From the NCBI GenBank assembly GCA_015680685.1, contig MNCI01001519.1, forward strand, positions 511,318-575,317: a stretch of 64,000 nucleotides of DNA, written 5' to 3'. Position numbers and translations under genes: made by a program. Under the pieces are notes generated by a model, which searched no databases, was not told the origin of the DNA, and saw only the letters and a list, made by a program, of their open reading frames with translations. Within the stretch, counting starts at the first letter, position 1, and each line of letters begins with the position of its first letter. This DNA is from Gnetum montanum (taxonomy: Eukaryota; Plantae; Gnetophyta). Below, one piece after another: positions 27,235 to 40,860 of the stretch.

Positions 27235-27515
27235 AATTGCTAGTTTTAGGCCATTTTGGGCCACATGTGTAGATAATTTTTTGGTAGTTTTAGGCCATTC
27301 TGGGCCCTAGTGATAAAGGAGATTTGGTTGCTAGTTTTAGGCCATGGCAAGCCACATGGTAGTTGAAGGCCTATTCATGCCATAGTGATAGTTTAAGGTC
27401 ATTTTAGGCCATGAAATAATGGGAAGGTTTTGCCAATTTTAGGCTATGGTAGGTCACGTAGTAGTTTAAGGCCTTTTCGAGCCACAGTGATGCCAATTTA
27501 AGGCCATGGTAGGCT
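27235..27515 (-). repeat. Tandem array downstream of gag-PR in element B (GGCC..AAATGGCCTAAAACTAGC)
   Basis: About 8 copies of (G)CTAGTTTTAGGCCAT variants on the plus strand; homologous to 54430-54905. Confidence 0.8.
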
Positions 27516-27775
27516 ATGTATTTTTTGTAACTTTTGTAGTTTATGATGTTTATGTATTTTGAAGTTTTTATGTGTAAACTAACTGCTAAAGAGCAACAAA
27601 GTGAAAATGTAAACTTAGCAAAGTGCACAAATAGAGAAGATAAATGCATAAAAATGAGACAATGCCAAAAATGAAAATTATTGAGCTAGTGAAAAATGTA
27701 GACAAAATGCAAATAGGTAGGCATGCATAAATGGGGTAAGTAGGGACCTAGTGCCTATTAAACTAAGGGGATACC

Positions 27776-30700
27776 TTATTCATGCAGTTGTTTCCTAATC
27801 TAGTATGGGTTAGAGGGCACAAAGGGCCTGGACAATGCAATACGATAGTTGCCTTGACCTTTTGTAGCTATGTCGAAGGGTAGTTCTACCCACAAAGCAT
27901 CTTTCAAAAGTTTAGGGATTTTCATTGGCCTCTCAAGTTGGTTTACCTCATATTTTTGGCCTTCATCCTCCGCAAGAGGTGTGTCATCAGGGAACTCCAC
28001 CTCTAACCTTTTTTTAGCATCAATATTGCTAATGGTCAGAGGGGCTACATTGTTTCCATGTATGATAACCTCTCCACTTTTATATGGAAGGTGGATTTTC
28101 TAATAGATAGGGGAGGAGATGACCTGCAGCTGGGCTAATTAAGACCTACCTACGATAAGGTTGAAACTTGGCATCTCCTCAATCACTATAAACTCAATAG
28201 TGGTGGGAAACTACTCCCCTACCACAAAGGCTATCGTGATACTTCTCCTTATGAAAACACATGCCCATTAAAGGATTTTAGGCATGTTGTCTTTGTTTGT
28301 TTGATTTTTTCAGTGAGATCAAGCTTGTCGACAACTATGTACAGGATGACATTGGTTGCCATCCCATCGTCAACATGCACCTTGTAGATTTTGCATTATT
28401 CGATGCGGATGGTGATAAACATCGGTGTGGTAATGACTTGACCCTTCTTTGGGTTCACCTTGATCGCCTCATCATGAAATGCCAAGGATGTTGAACTCGA
28501 TTCCTACAAGGGAGGGGTTAACATCACAAAATGGATGGAATACTCATCTGCTAGGATGTCCCCTGTAATAGGAATGGAGGTTAACTTGTGCACTAGAGCT
28601 TTGTGGTGGGCAGAGGAAGTCATTATTAGGTTGTTCTAGCTTACCATTATGTTTTTCTATTTCAAAGCTTGCTTAACCTAGGCTAATGCATCCAGGAAAT
28701 CTTTTCCACTATTGGATACCTTGTTTTTGATGGCCTTCATATCCTCCATGTAGCCTAAGAGATGAATCTCTCGTGGATGGGATTTGGGCCTTGTTTGCCT
28801 TGTTTGCTTTGGAGCTTCAGTGCTCCATTGTGGGTTGCTAGTTGCTGAAGCCTCAATGCTCCAATGTTGGTTGCTTGTTGCTATGGCCTTTTTGGTTGGT
28901 TGGTCCATTGGTATGAAGGACAGGGGAACCGACTTTGGTGGGCCTGATGCCCTTTGCTCTCGGTGTTGCCTAAGCATTCAATCAGCGAGGTGCTCATTAG
29001 GCTTCCCGATTTGTCATCTCGTTTGTTTGTTGGAGTTGCTTACAAGATGAGGTCTCGAGTGAGTAAGGGCTAATGCATTTCCCACCACTAGACTCCCAAC
29101 AGGCAAGGAGCCTACATGTTGTGACACCCTTATGATGAAGGGTGTTTGGGTTGTTGCAGCTACAACATGCTACGAGGCCTTGACCACAAAGGGTGTTATG
29201 GGTGCCCAAGGTGGTGCTCTAATGACAAAAGGAATCCTTAAATTGGTTGATGTTGAGGAGGCCCTAGTGTTACCAGAGGGCACACGAATCACAAATGGCT
29301 CCTGTGCCAGTTTTGAGTCATCATCAATGTTGATGACATAATGATGTACCCTACATTGCTTATGTTGAGTGACTCTTTGTAAACCCCCATTGATTGGTTC
29401 TAGGGACACACTAGGTTAGTAGTGTCAAGGAGAAACTCACCCTTGTCAATCATGGGTTGGATGTCATCTTGGCAAAACTAGTCCAATCTAAAATGTTTAG
29501 GGACTAGGGGCTCATTAGGCAGTGGGGCTGAAGGATTTTTAAGAAGCTTACAATATTGGTCATGCCGCTTACAAGCATCCTTGGACATTTACTTATACTA
29601 GATGTGTCTAACATGAAGCAATTGGTCCAATAGCTCCAACCACTTGATGGGCAACGATGTGTACTTTAAGAAATCCTTACACTTGAAGTTAGGCCTTGTG
29701 GTATCTGGTGCCATGGTTGTCAACAATGCAAGCTAGTTGTTTGCCACTGTGCTAGGGCTAGTCACCTTGTTGTTATTGGTCGAAGCCTTGGATGGCTTGT
29801 CTATTGGTTTGGTGTTGGCTATCTTAGCCTCGTTGGCCATTATTGCAACGGTTGTGGTTGCTTGCTTGCCTTTGTCCTTGTCTTTTTCTTTCTCTTTTTT
29901 TGCATGCAGGTTCTTGTAGGCCATGTAGGCTAGATCCTTGTAGATATCCACCACATCCTGAATGTCCTTAGTTTGAGCAAATGCTTGGCTTAAGGACTAC
30001 AAGGTAAGGTAATATAGTTTTGACTTGATAAAGTCATTCACTATGCCTTTAAAGATGACTAGCAAGTGAGTTTCTATGATGCACTCATAGATCTCGTTGA
30101 GTGATGTGCTCCATTGTTAAATAAATTTTTGCACAAGCTCTAAGTGGCTTTGCTTGATTTACATTAGCTGATCTAGTATCACCTCAAGCTTCAAGTTATA
30201 CTTGAAGCGAGTGACGAATTGGATGAGTAATTCCTCCAACGAAGTGATGGAGGCCCTAGGAAGTGCATGGTACCAATCTAGTGCCTTGCTAGTCAAAGAC
30301 ATGACAAACACTTGAATAATGGTGTTTAGTTATGCCTATAGTAGGAGGCATTTTGACTGGAAGGTTACCAAATGGGTGTCAAGGTCCCCTTCACCATTGT
30401 ATTTGGTGAATTAGGGTAACAGAACCTTGGTAGGTAGTGCCAGTGGTGGAACTATAGGATTAATTAGATCATCCTGGTAGAAGTCCATCACATGGATGGT
30501 TTCTAAGGAGGTAGCCTTAAGGTGCTTGAACTCTTTAGTAAGGCTTTAGATTAGTTGGAATACTTGATCCAAGCTAGGTGTGGTTACAGTGGCAGGCTAC
30601 ATGGATTGTGCTGCCTGCTGTGGTTGTTGGGTGGCCCACGACCTGACTCCTGGCTGTGTGACCACACACGATGCCTATTACATGGGGTGTGCCATGGACA

Positions 30701-31516
30701 TGGCACTCGGGCCCCACCATAGGTTTGTGGGCTGGGCCATTAGGTACTAACAAGATAGGAAAGATGAACAATGCCTGAGTCACGTACAATAAGGGAGGGA
30801 TGTGCATACTATGCACGTAGGGTTGCGTGGGTGTAACGGTCACTACTATTGAAGGCTAGATGACTTGAACAGGCTGAATGGGATGGACAGGTTAAACTAG
30901 TTGCAAAGGCTACGTAGACTATGAAGGGATGGTGAAGGGCATGCTGAAGGGAAGACTAAAAGGCATAGTAGCATCCTGGTGCGTCTGCAACATCTAATGA
31001 GTTGCCACCATAGGTGTTGACTTGGGTGGTAACATCAGGCTATGTGACATCAAAGGAATGAAAGTAGAGGCTATCTACTAGAATGACGCATGGAATGGGT
31101 TGTCATGCTTAGATTGAGTCTCAAACTTGTTCAGATCCTCCTAGAGGGGCTCCTCATAGTCCATCCCTTCCTCATGGCTCATGTTGTGGATGAGGTTGTC
31201 TAGCATCCACTGGTAGTCTTCCATGAGTGGGATAAAGTCAAAATTGGAAGGGAACCATTCCCTCTTGTTATGATGCATGAGCTCATAACTACATTTGGCT
31301 TCCATTTCCTGGCAATCTAAGGGCAAACCCACCTAGGGTTTTACATAAAAAAAAGTTATATTGCTTGTCGTTGAGCACCATGACCTTAGAAGGCAAGTTG
31401 CGCTACCTGAGGGATTGCCTCTATGCTAGGATGGGGGTGAATATGGAGTTTTTGCTAAACAAGCTAGAAAACAACCATGCTCAGAGTAGAGGTCAAAGGT
31501 TATTTGGGATTCATGG
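27776..31516 (-). pseudogene. gag: Decayed gag-protease of element B
   Basis: FTKYNGEGDL, MSLTSKALDWY, FKYNLKLEV; protease HVDDGMATNV and FNLIVGRS; ends IRKQLHE* (TAA at 27778-27776). Confidence 0.9.
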
Positions 31517-31584
31517 TGCAAAGGGAAATGTAAAAGGGTGCTTATGCAAAATAGGAAGAAAAACAACAAAGTGCTAAAATGCAA

Positions 31585-31735
31585 GAAAATGGCTAGGTAT
31601 GCAATTGCTAAAAAAACAACTAAGTGTAAAAATGTACGAAAATGGCTAAGTGTAAAAGATGCAAAAAAATGGCTAAGTCTGAAATGCAGAGAAAAATGAC
31701 TAAGTGTAAATACATTGAAAAATGACTAACTCTAG
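31585..31735 (-). repeat. Short tandem repeats in the 5' leader of element B
   Basis: About 6 copies of AAATG(G/A)CTAAGTGTAAAA on the plus strand. Confidence 0.75.
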
Positions 31736-31933
31736 GACTACGCTCAAAGCCAACTACACTCACTACGCTAGAGCTAGCTATGCTCTATTGAAGATTTAGA
31801 ATTTGATGAAGTGTAACACTGGTGTTGTTAAGTGGGGTTCCAGGGGAATCGACAATGGGTACTAATTTGCACGGGGTGCGAAGAGCATGCAAGGCAACAA
31901 TCGAAGGATGGTTGAAGAAGGAAATGGTGAAGG

Positions 31934-31950
31934 CCGTCCTTCTAGTGCCA
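31934..31950 (-). promoter_or_regulatory. Primer binding site of element B, tRNA-Asn(GTT) type
   Basis: Minus strand TGGCACTAGAAGGACGG lies 6 nt after the LTR end and is complementary, with mismatches, to the plant tRNA-Asn 3' end (..CCTCCTTCTAGCGCCA, recalled from memory). Confidence 0.75.
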
Positions 31951-31956
31951 GAAAAT

Positions 31957-33548
31957 TGTAGCAACTAAAAACGTCAGAGGTTGGAATGGGACACTGAGAG
32001 GTCCATGGTCATATAGTCTTGACCTCGCTTCTGCACAAGGGCCTATTGGGAACAGAGGTGAGGTTCCCATAATGGTCTTTTCGATTAAACTAGGACTTAC
32101 GGGTGTTATGACAAAATAGTTGTTAAGAGCTTGCATGATATTTTCAATGTCCATAGTGCTCATGGGGGTGAGCGTGGTGAAAGTTTTGGGCATGAAAACA
32201 AAGGTGCAAATGTATGAATGTGTGCAAAGAATAATGAAAAATGCATGTAGAATGCTAAAATGTAGGAGAAAATGTGAAAAATGCATAGAATGCGAGAAAG
32301 AGAGAAGGAATCACTACCCAAGTGGGGGGAGCATAGTCAATTGCAAAGAACCGTTTATGGGGTATACGATGTATAATAGGCACAATAGGTAAGCATAGTC
32401 ATAGTCTCAGGGTGTTTGGCTGCAAAAACTGACATTCACCATGGAGTCTGGGCCTATTGGGTTGGCTACTATGATGTCCTATAGGCTGCGGTGCTCAATG
32501 GTGTCATAGTGGTGTGCAACAATGTCTAGTGGTGTTCCAAAGTTCACCAAAATGCCAAGTGTGCTTGAATGTAAGAATGCCACAAATGCCAATGTTCAAA
32601 TTTTTCAACCCCTAAAATGTGAAACGTTGGGGTATTTATAGGCCTAGGTTACCATGAATCATGGATCGGGCACTGCGTGGTAGAGGGGTAGTTGGGCAAA
32701 ATGGTGTTCTACTGGTGTGCTCTAATGGATCGTGTGAAACTGTCGAACTATGGCTACACTACCAAGATTGCATGTAAAGTGCTAAACAAATTGCAAAGTA
32801 CCTTAAAATAATGCAAAATGATGCAATTTTAGAGACTACACTATCTAATCTTTCGAGTGGTGTCGAGCATAAATACAAGTTTGGGCAAATGGGGGATGCA
32901 ATAGAGACAAAACTTGCTAATCGTGCTCATCGAGAAATGTTGGAGCTAAGATGCCAACTAGTGCTAAGTTCTGGAGGCTTCTAAAGTTAATTCCAATAGA
33001 CTATGCTAACTATACTCTAGAGCGTACCTTGGGAGTTAGGCAAGTCTTGCTAGAAAATGATGCTCAGTGTAGGCTACGCTAGCTACGCTCTAGAGCATAG
33101 CCCTGACACTTGAAAAATTTGGCAAAGTGACATGCCAATGCAAACTATGCTAACTACACTCTAGAGCATAGTATGGAGCGTAGGATTAGGAGTTAGAAAA
33201 TTTGCCAAATTGTTTCATCCATCCCAACCATGCTTAGTAGCCTCTGGCTTAGCACTTAGGAAACTTAGCAAAATTGGTTATTCCAAGGCTGACTATGTTG
33301 ACTATGCTCTAGATCGTAGTTCCAGTAGGGTGAGCATAATCAAGACACTTAGAAAAATTTGTAGTTGCTATTGACACTTAGAAAAATTTTACAAATCTAG
33401 ACTGTTACTATCAACTACGTTGACTATGCTCTAGAGCATAGTTCAACAATGGGAGCGTAGTCTCAACACTTAGAAAAAATTTGCCAAGTTTTGACACTTA
33501 GCCAAATTTGTAGTTGAGACCCAAGAGCTCGAATTTGGTGGTGTTTCA
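31957..33548 (-). repeat. 5' LTR of element B
   Basis: Matches 14950-16635; adjacent to the PBS; followed by TSD CCAAA. Confidence 0.95.
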
Positions 33549-33553
33549 CCAAA

Positions 33554-35346
33554 GAAGGAAGTAGAACTAGAAAAAGAAACAAAATAAGAGCTTGAATAGC
33601 ATCATGAGCCACAAGTTCCACATCGTTGTTATAAGACTACAAGCTTACAATGAGCCATTTGCAAAAAATTGCTAAAACACTCAGCTGGGGAAGTAGAGAA
33701 GAGTCAAGCCTCTTAAGAGTCATCAATGACATTATGCAATCCATTTTTTTAGCCGATCCAACAAGGGGACAATTTTCATTGTAATTAGAAGGAGAATCCC
33801 AGTGGTCATGTCAAATTCCTGGTAAGATCGCATCCTTTCAAGTGATGCTTGAAATAGATGAAGGTGTCATAGTAGTGGTCATGAAACATCAGGATGCAGT
33901 AGGCATAGCAAAGGTGATAATAGATTACATTAAAGAATCTTTCAATGTTCCTGTTATGCCTCTAGTGGATTTGACTGGAACCAGAGACATGCAAATGCTT
34001 GCTGGGACTTTGATAACTCCTACAATCCATGAGGATGCATTAGATCGATTATTGCAAATAGGACAAGTAATGTCCACCTTATTTGACATTCTTGGTGATG
34101 TCACTATAGCACAATTAGACCTCATCGCCACCAAGGGAAAGTTGGTCATGGTTGAGACCATCATAGAACACACAAAAGCAGAAGTGTAATGCTTGCAATA
34201 AGAGCTAGCCAACCTAAGAGCTAAAAGATGGGACCCTACTCGATTTATTGTGCTTGAGTAGTTGGATCAATTTAGAATAGAGCTGCTGATCAAATTGATC
34301 AAAGAGAACAAAGCTACCAAGAAAGAAAAGGAGAAGGCAATTTGGAATGCCTCTACTATTGAGGCATAATCCTATGCCCATAAGAAGGCATTGACTACCA
34401 TGCAACAAGAAAACAAACAAGTTGTTGTAGACAACACATGGTTAACCAGTGTAGAAAAACAAAAGAAAATCTTGGAAGAAAGTGTCCATTAGTTGAGAGA
34501 ACAATTGATGAGGGCCAACCAGGATGTTAACAAACTAGCTAGAAAGAACCACACCCTCTCAATGAAGGAGGTCCACACAATTCGACAAATTTTACAATCA
34601 AAATAAGCACGTGGAAGAATGAGGCTAAAAAACATGAGAAGCTAAAGGAACACTTCTGGGACCAAGTAGGCATGTACAAGTAGATCAAAAAAAAAAGGGA
34701 ATCCAAATGAACAAAGCTAGCATTGGGTCTATGTCAATGCAAAATCCTAATTGGCAACCCATCCTAGAGAGTTATGCACTAGTCCATCAAGGGAAAGTGA
34801 AGAATAAAGACTTGTAGATCGAGGACTTGAAAGAATTCATGACGTTAGCTAACCTTTGATATGCCAACCTTGCCATGTTAACAGCAGATTGGCCTAGAAT
34901 TGAGTTGGAGAAGTAGGTAGCAACCACCTAATCACTATATGAAAAAGAGGTTGCAAATAGAAGGAATGCTTTACAGAAACTTCATGTAGCAAACTCAGAA
35001 CTAGAGGTGATCAAGGCTTACTACCATGGATAGAAAGATGTTGCCTCAAACCTAGCTAGGAAACTAATAGATTATCATGAGTTGAAAAAAAAGGCCAGGG
35101 CCTTTGAGGAGGAACAATGATAGTTTGTGGCCTAGTATTTGAAGGCCAACAAGATTTTTTCGCAGCTTCCATGCCCTTGGAACATACCGACACCAGCACA
35201 AATTAGTTTAGCTACCTAGATAGTACATGATCCAAGGATAAAATAAGAGAAGTTGTAGGCACTACTCAATTGTTACAAATTTGAGAAGCCTTGTGACAAA
35301 GGGAAGTGACCGATGGAGGAGCCATTGCCTCTAGGAACTACATGAG
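33554..35346 (+). pseudogene. 3' part of the element A env-like ORF (long predicted coiled coil)
   Basis: Resumes after the TSD with E/K/Q-rich heptad-like coding sequence containing scattered stops; ends before the 3' UTR and PPT. Confidence 0.6.
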
Positions 35347-35533
35347 CTCTCCCAATTTTGTGTCTTGTAATATTGTGTTCAAAGTTTTGTAAAACACCTC
35401 TGCAGCATGTTAGAGTCAGTTTGTTTATTTATTTGAGTCAATCAATAATCCCATACCTTCCCAATATTTTGTCAAAAGAACTTGTTCCTCCTTTTGTAAC
35501 TTGAGGATGAGTTTTTATTTATTCATGAGGGTA

Positions 35534-36406
35534 CGATGAGTTATGATTTTGTTAACTTTGATATCAGGTAGCCTCAATATCGAATATGTGATATTGGGTC
35601 CCAAGAAATTATGTTAGATATCTGATATCGTCTCTTCCATGCTAGCCTATAAATACAACACTTGGGTGCATAGTTGGGACATAGTTTTATTATTAGATTT
35701 TAGATAGCTTTTTCATAGCCTTGTGATTTCAATTTCTATTATTCCTAGTGCATGCCTGCAGTGTGGTGTTTGTGATTGTACAACATCCTTACTCAAGTGT
35801 AACATACTTGGACATGTTACATGATCGGAAATAAAGATCGAGATTACTTCAATCATTACGACATTCACTTAGATTTATTATTACTTTTAATTATTTAATT
35901 TTTTCTTGTTTTCCTTAGTTAATTATTTCATTTATTTCTCTTTATGATTCCTATCATTAAGAAGAATGAGTACAACTAATCGTGAGCGCTTAAGTGTAAT
36001 TACTTGGTAACCTAACAGTGTATCGTTTGGTAAGCCTAGTGATGCATGCTTGGTAATCCTAGAGGTAGGCACATGAAGTCCAAGATGTGTGTGGAAAATT
36101 ATCAATGGATAATCATTACACGTAGGCTAATTTAGTTTTTACTTTCCACTATTAATTAGATTAATTAATTTATCTCTTATTATCATTAGGAGCAACATAG
36201 GGTTAGATAAGATCAATCATATGCCTCACTTTGGACTAAACCATACATGACAAAGCTACCACTAGTCCAAGTGGGAAGACATCAAATTGTGATCAAAGAA
36301 TAATGATTTAGATGCACAACTAGTCCCATCCATGAAATTTGATTAGATTGTGTGTGAACACTTGTGATTTGTATGGTTGGACATAGGGGTACCTCACTAT
36401 TCATCA
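35534..36406 (+). repeat. 3' LTR of element A (~873 bp)
   Basis: Begins CGATGAGT (degenerate TGATGAAT) after purine-rich ATGAGGGTA, matches the 5' LTR, and ends ATTCATCA. Confidence 0.85.
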
Positions 36407-36820
36407 CTAATCCTCAAAAAGGGCAAAAAAAGGAGAGTGGGTGTTAGAATTTAGAAAACAAATAGAAGTATACCCTAAGACATAGCCAACATGATAGTTT
36501 AGAAAAATTACGGATGTGACCAACAATAAGACTTTAGGCTATCATATGATTCTTTTACCACTAGAATAGTTCATTAGTCAAATTTCAAGTATTATGAATT
36601 CTTAAGACATGCATAGATCAAGAGTTTTACTACTAAGCTAACACCTTATTAAGATAATTTTGGAATATATTGTAGAAGAAAAAAATAAATATCAAGGATT
36701 ATAATCATCACTAGTGGTAGGGAGGGCAAGAGGGATTGGAGCTTGAAGGAATGACCATAAATACACTCTAGGACATATAGCTAACATAATATTTTAAAAG
36801 AATTATAGATAAATATAATA

Positions 36821-36895
36821 ATGCCTCAATGTGACTTGAACTAGCAACCTCTTGTTTAATAAGACAATGATCTAATCTCTTGAGCCACCTATCAC
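36821..36895 (-). pseudogene. tRNA-derived pseudogene or SINE head
   Basis: Minus strand GGTGGCTCAAGAGATTAGATCA...GAGGTTGCTAGTTCAAGTC has A-box and B-box at tRNA spacing; the cloverleaf is degenerate. Confidence 0.45.
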
Positions 36896-37559
36896 TAACA
36901 TAACTCATTAATTAATGGGGTGCTGGAACCTGAAATAATTATAATATAGGTACACCCAAAGATATATAGTCTAAGTAGAACTTTATAACTTAGCATTTTC
37001 TAGAAAATCAAACCCATGAAGTGGAGATTTCAAATCAATATATATAATTCATTAATTAAGGCCTATGACTTACTTGTTATATGCTACATATGTTTGGTTC
37101 ATATAGAATGCCATTGAGATGTATAATCATCATGCTAACTAGTCCAATAGTTCTATTGGGCCTTTCTTTTTATGTTTTGTTAGAGTTCCACCTCTCTTTG
37201 GTGCCTTTCTATAGCTATCCTATTAATGCATTTACTTTTAGGATCCAACACCACCATCCTACATCCCCACTACCCCCCACCAACCCCCAAAACCAAATAA
37301 ATTTATTAGGCCTTAAGCATAGTTAAAAATACTTATAGTTTCAAAAATAGAGTTGAATATTTTAAAACTAATTAAAAATTTATGGATACTACAATACCAT
37401 TTCATTTAAAGATATAAACTAATAGAATACAAAGGAATTTGCTTTAAGATATGAAAAAAATTTATAAATCTTGAGTGTAACAAATATGTCTAATATTCAT
37501 ATGGTTTAAACACTTTTATACAATTTCCTAGCCATCATACATTTTTTTCTTTTTTCTAA

Positions 37560-38478
37560 AATAGAAAATTAGAGACATGCTATAGAATCAAAAGGTTTAA
37601 AAATGTAAAAGTAAGACAGAATGTAAGGGATGAAATTTCAACGAAACCATAAATAGTGAATAAATAGAAGTGACAATTCAAGACCAAAATGTCCTCATTG
37701 CAAATAGTTTTTCTATTCAGGATCAATGCTCTAATTAGATAGTCGAATTAATAAAGATATAAGACATATAATTGAGAAAAAATGATCAAAATGAAGTCAA
37801 ATTAATCATGTTCTATGCAAGAAAATAATTCCAATAAAACTAAAGGGAAAATTTTATAGAATAGCAATCAAACCTACTATCTTATATGATGTTGAATGCT
37901 AGGTAGTATGAAAGAGGCATGACTAATAAATCAATGTGGCCAAAATATGAATGCTTAGATGGATGAATGTTTCCAGAAGAGATAAATTGCATAATACAAA
38001 TATTAGGAAAAAACTCGAAATAGCTTCTATTTCAAATAAGTTACCAAAATTTTACAGGATAGCAATTAGACCTACTATCTTATATAATAATGAATGTTGG
38101 GCAGTACAAAAGAGGCATGAACAACAAATCAATGTGGTAGAAATTTGAATATTTAGATGGATGCTAAATGTTACTATAAGAGATAAATTGCATAATACAA
38201 ATGTTAAAGAAAGTCTTGAAATGATTTCTATTTTAGATAAATTACAAGAATGACATCTTCGATAATTTATGCATGTGTAAAGAAGATTAGATAATGAGTC
38301 TATAAAAAAAGGTTACTACATCACTATTCTAGAAAAGTTACCAAAAGGAAAATAAAAAAAATATAAAAAATTGACTGAAAATAATAATAATAAATTGTAA
38401 ATAATAAAAATCTAGCTCTTCATAAAAGTGAATGGTGAAAAAGAACTATGTAGCCAACTCCATTTTGTTGGATTGAGG

Positions 38479-38508
<30 letters not shown>
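37560..38508 (+). mobile_element. 5'-truncated RTE-clade LINE (RT C-terminus, 3' end and (GAT)n tail)
   Basis: FYRIAIRPTILYNNECWA, MLRWM..SRRDKLHNTNIR; 3' GTAGCCAACTCCA motif; GAT microsatellite tail at ~38483-38508. Confidence 0.88.
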
Positions 38509-38509
<1 letters not shown>

Positions 38510-39196
38510 TGCTTAAAAATAACTGTTACTTGCTACATCTTAACTAGCCACTAAGAGTAATTCTATTTATTCTCTTTAAAATTAATTTCTTTTAAGATTA
38601 ACGTGATATGCCTAGAAAAATGTCTTCAAACTAGCATATGTAGGGTGCTAGTACTAGGCTTTGAATTTAGTACCTTTGAGTGCATGGTAATGTAAGCTAA
38701 TTGGCTAGCCAACATCCCCTTGAGAAATCAAGTGTAACTAATGATGAATATACTATGATTCAAAATATATTGTAAAAAAATTATAAAATATAAGATATGA
38801 ATGGTAAAAAAGATTGGTTTTTAGGTTTTAATTAGGAGTTCTAGAAAAAGATAGAAAAAACTTCAAACTTACTTGTTTTTAGATGAATCCAATGTTAAAA
38901 GTTTAAGTCCAATATGTAATAATTTTATTATAAACTACTATATTAATTAATTTTCCTCTCTTTAATCTTTCAAAAATATTAACTAAATGGTTGTACACTT
39001 TAGAATACATCCTTGTAATTGAAAAGATATTATTTTTCATGCTATTATTGGTGTTTTCTACTCTATAAAAACTATGATGTACTATGAATGTTTCTTGCTC
39101 ATTATTAATATTATTTTTGGGGTTTAAGAACTTCCCTTCCCCTCGCCTCGTCCTTCTCCCCCACTGCAAATAATAATAATAATAATATAATTCTTA

Positions 39197-39291
39197 ACAT
39201 TGTATTTGAACAATAAACATAACAATAAGATTTCACAAGAGATTATCCAAAAATCACATTGTATTTGAACAATAAACATAACAATAGGATT
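39197..39291. repeat. Direct repeat, 2 x ~35 bp
   Basis: ACATTGTATTTGAACAATAAACATAACAATA(A/G)GATT occurs twice. Confidence 0.85.
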
Positions 39292-40789
39292 GCATGGTTA
39301 ATGATCAACGAATTGAAAGATCATATCATTTGTTAGCCTAGTGGTAAGACTCTTAATTTGAAAGCAATTTATTTGGAATTACATGCAATGTCATCAAATT
39401 TATTAGGTTATTGTGCAAGCAAATCCACTGCTTCATTGTCATTCTATGAGTTACTTAATTATTTATATGAATCTATTACTCAAGAAATTTTTGAAAGGTA
39501 TGTGTTCATACAAATTTTGGGTTATTTTATGTGTTTTTTAAGTCATTTAAATATTGTTTGGAAAGATCAAGGATTGAATGTTGGCTATGCACATTACCTA
39601 TCAAACTCATTTTTGTTAGTAGAATTTGTTGATTTGGCAATGATTTTTAAGGTTCTTGATATTGGTCTTTTCAATAACCTTCATGCTTTATTAATTATTC
39701 GAAAGTGAACTTCCTCTTGTAATCCAACATCTCTTGAATTTTGAAGGTTCTTTGTTTTGTTTAATTACTAAATCTTCCATTGATTTTTGAAAAATTTGAA
39801 AGGGATATTGTCTTTCCAAGTGGGCCACTTAAGCATTTTGAAACCTTACCTACAGCTAGTGATTTTTCATAGGATTCAATATATGATTGAGGTAGATCTT
39901 AATTTTCTTGAGTGAGAAATTCTTTTGCATACTAGCAAAATTAATTATGGGTAAAAGGGTATTTATTACCATCTTCCAAAGTCATGCCTCTATTATCACC
40001 AAGAGGATCATATATTTGATTCATCTCCTTTTATGCTACAAATTCTATTAGGATACCTTGTATTGTTAAATTAGATACTTACTTTACAAAAATTTGGAAT
40101 ACTCACATTTCAATCTATTTTAGTAAAAGAACAAGCCATTTGTTTACATTTGGCAGTTTGTACAAGATCTAATGCAGACTTTGTTGGGAATCAAATGCAT
40201 GTTCATTTACCTTTATCAATTACAACAATTTTATGATCTTGTTTAGTGATGTTTTCTCATATAAATCTTTTGTCTTCAAGTAATGGAAGTCCTATTACTA
40301 AACCAAGATAAGAAATGCTCCTTGGACTTTATATATATTAACAACTGAGAAGTTCTAAAATATTTCTAAATCTAGGTGCCAACCATCTAACCCAACAAAG
40401 AAATTTTTGTCAAAGGCAATTTTGTGTTTCTGTAATTATGATGACATGTTCATAGCCTATTAAAAAATCAAGTATGTATAAAAATCCCTTTATGGTTTAT
40501 ATGAAAACTAGTAAATGGAACTATTCTTATCTCAATAGAGTAAGAAGTTTTCATTGAATTTCAATATCAATCCTTGGGTACATCCTAGCAAATCTATGAA
40601 CATTATACAATTCAACAAGCTCAATTGGGAAAAGTCCTTATTATATACATTCAAACAATAGTAGGTTGTATTATTTTCAATTGAGAAATTAAAAATGATT
40701 TTCTAGCATTTTCAAAGGTTTCAAAATCTCCTCAAGCAACTTAACTTTGGATCCTAACAAACAAAATCAAAATCTCAATAGAGTTTTTT

Positions 40790-40860
40790 AGGTGACACTT
40801 AGATTTGAACTAGGGATTAGGGATTTGCAGTCCTTTGCCTTATTACTTGGCTATGCTGCC
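40790..40860 (-). pseudogene. trnC: Plastid-type trnC-GCA pseudogene (NUPT-like)
   Basis: Minus strand GGCAGCATAGCCAAGTAATAAGGCAAAGGACTGCAAATCCCTAATCCCTAGTTCAAATCTAAGTGTCACCT has a GCA anticodon and the plastid trnC pattern. Mostly G>A changes disrupt the D-loop GG and the T-stem. Confidence 0.8.

Larger units (their letters stand above)
14950..33548 (-). mobile_element. Element B: full-length Tat-superclade (Ogre/Retand-type, aRH between RH and INT) LTR retrotransposon, decayed
   Basis: Two ~1.6-1.7 kb LTRs, perfect TSD CCAAA (14945-14949 and 33549-33553), PBS, PPT, and gag-PR and RT-RH-aRH-INT on the minus strand. Confidence 0.95.
7370..36406 (+). mobile_element. Element A: Athila-like Ty3/gypsy LTR retrotransposon, non-autonomous (gag plus env-like ORF, no pol), interrupted by element B
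   Basis: 8-bp terminal inverted repeats TGATGAAT (7370) and ATTCATCA (36406). Flanks CTAAC and CTAAT (TSD, 4/5). The two LTRs match (GATATTGGGTCCCAAGAAA...ATGCTAGCCTATAAATACAACACTTGGGTGCATAGTT). Gag is homologous to element C. Confidence 0.88.
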
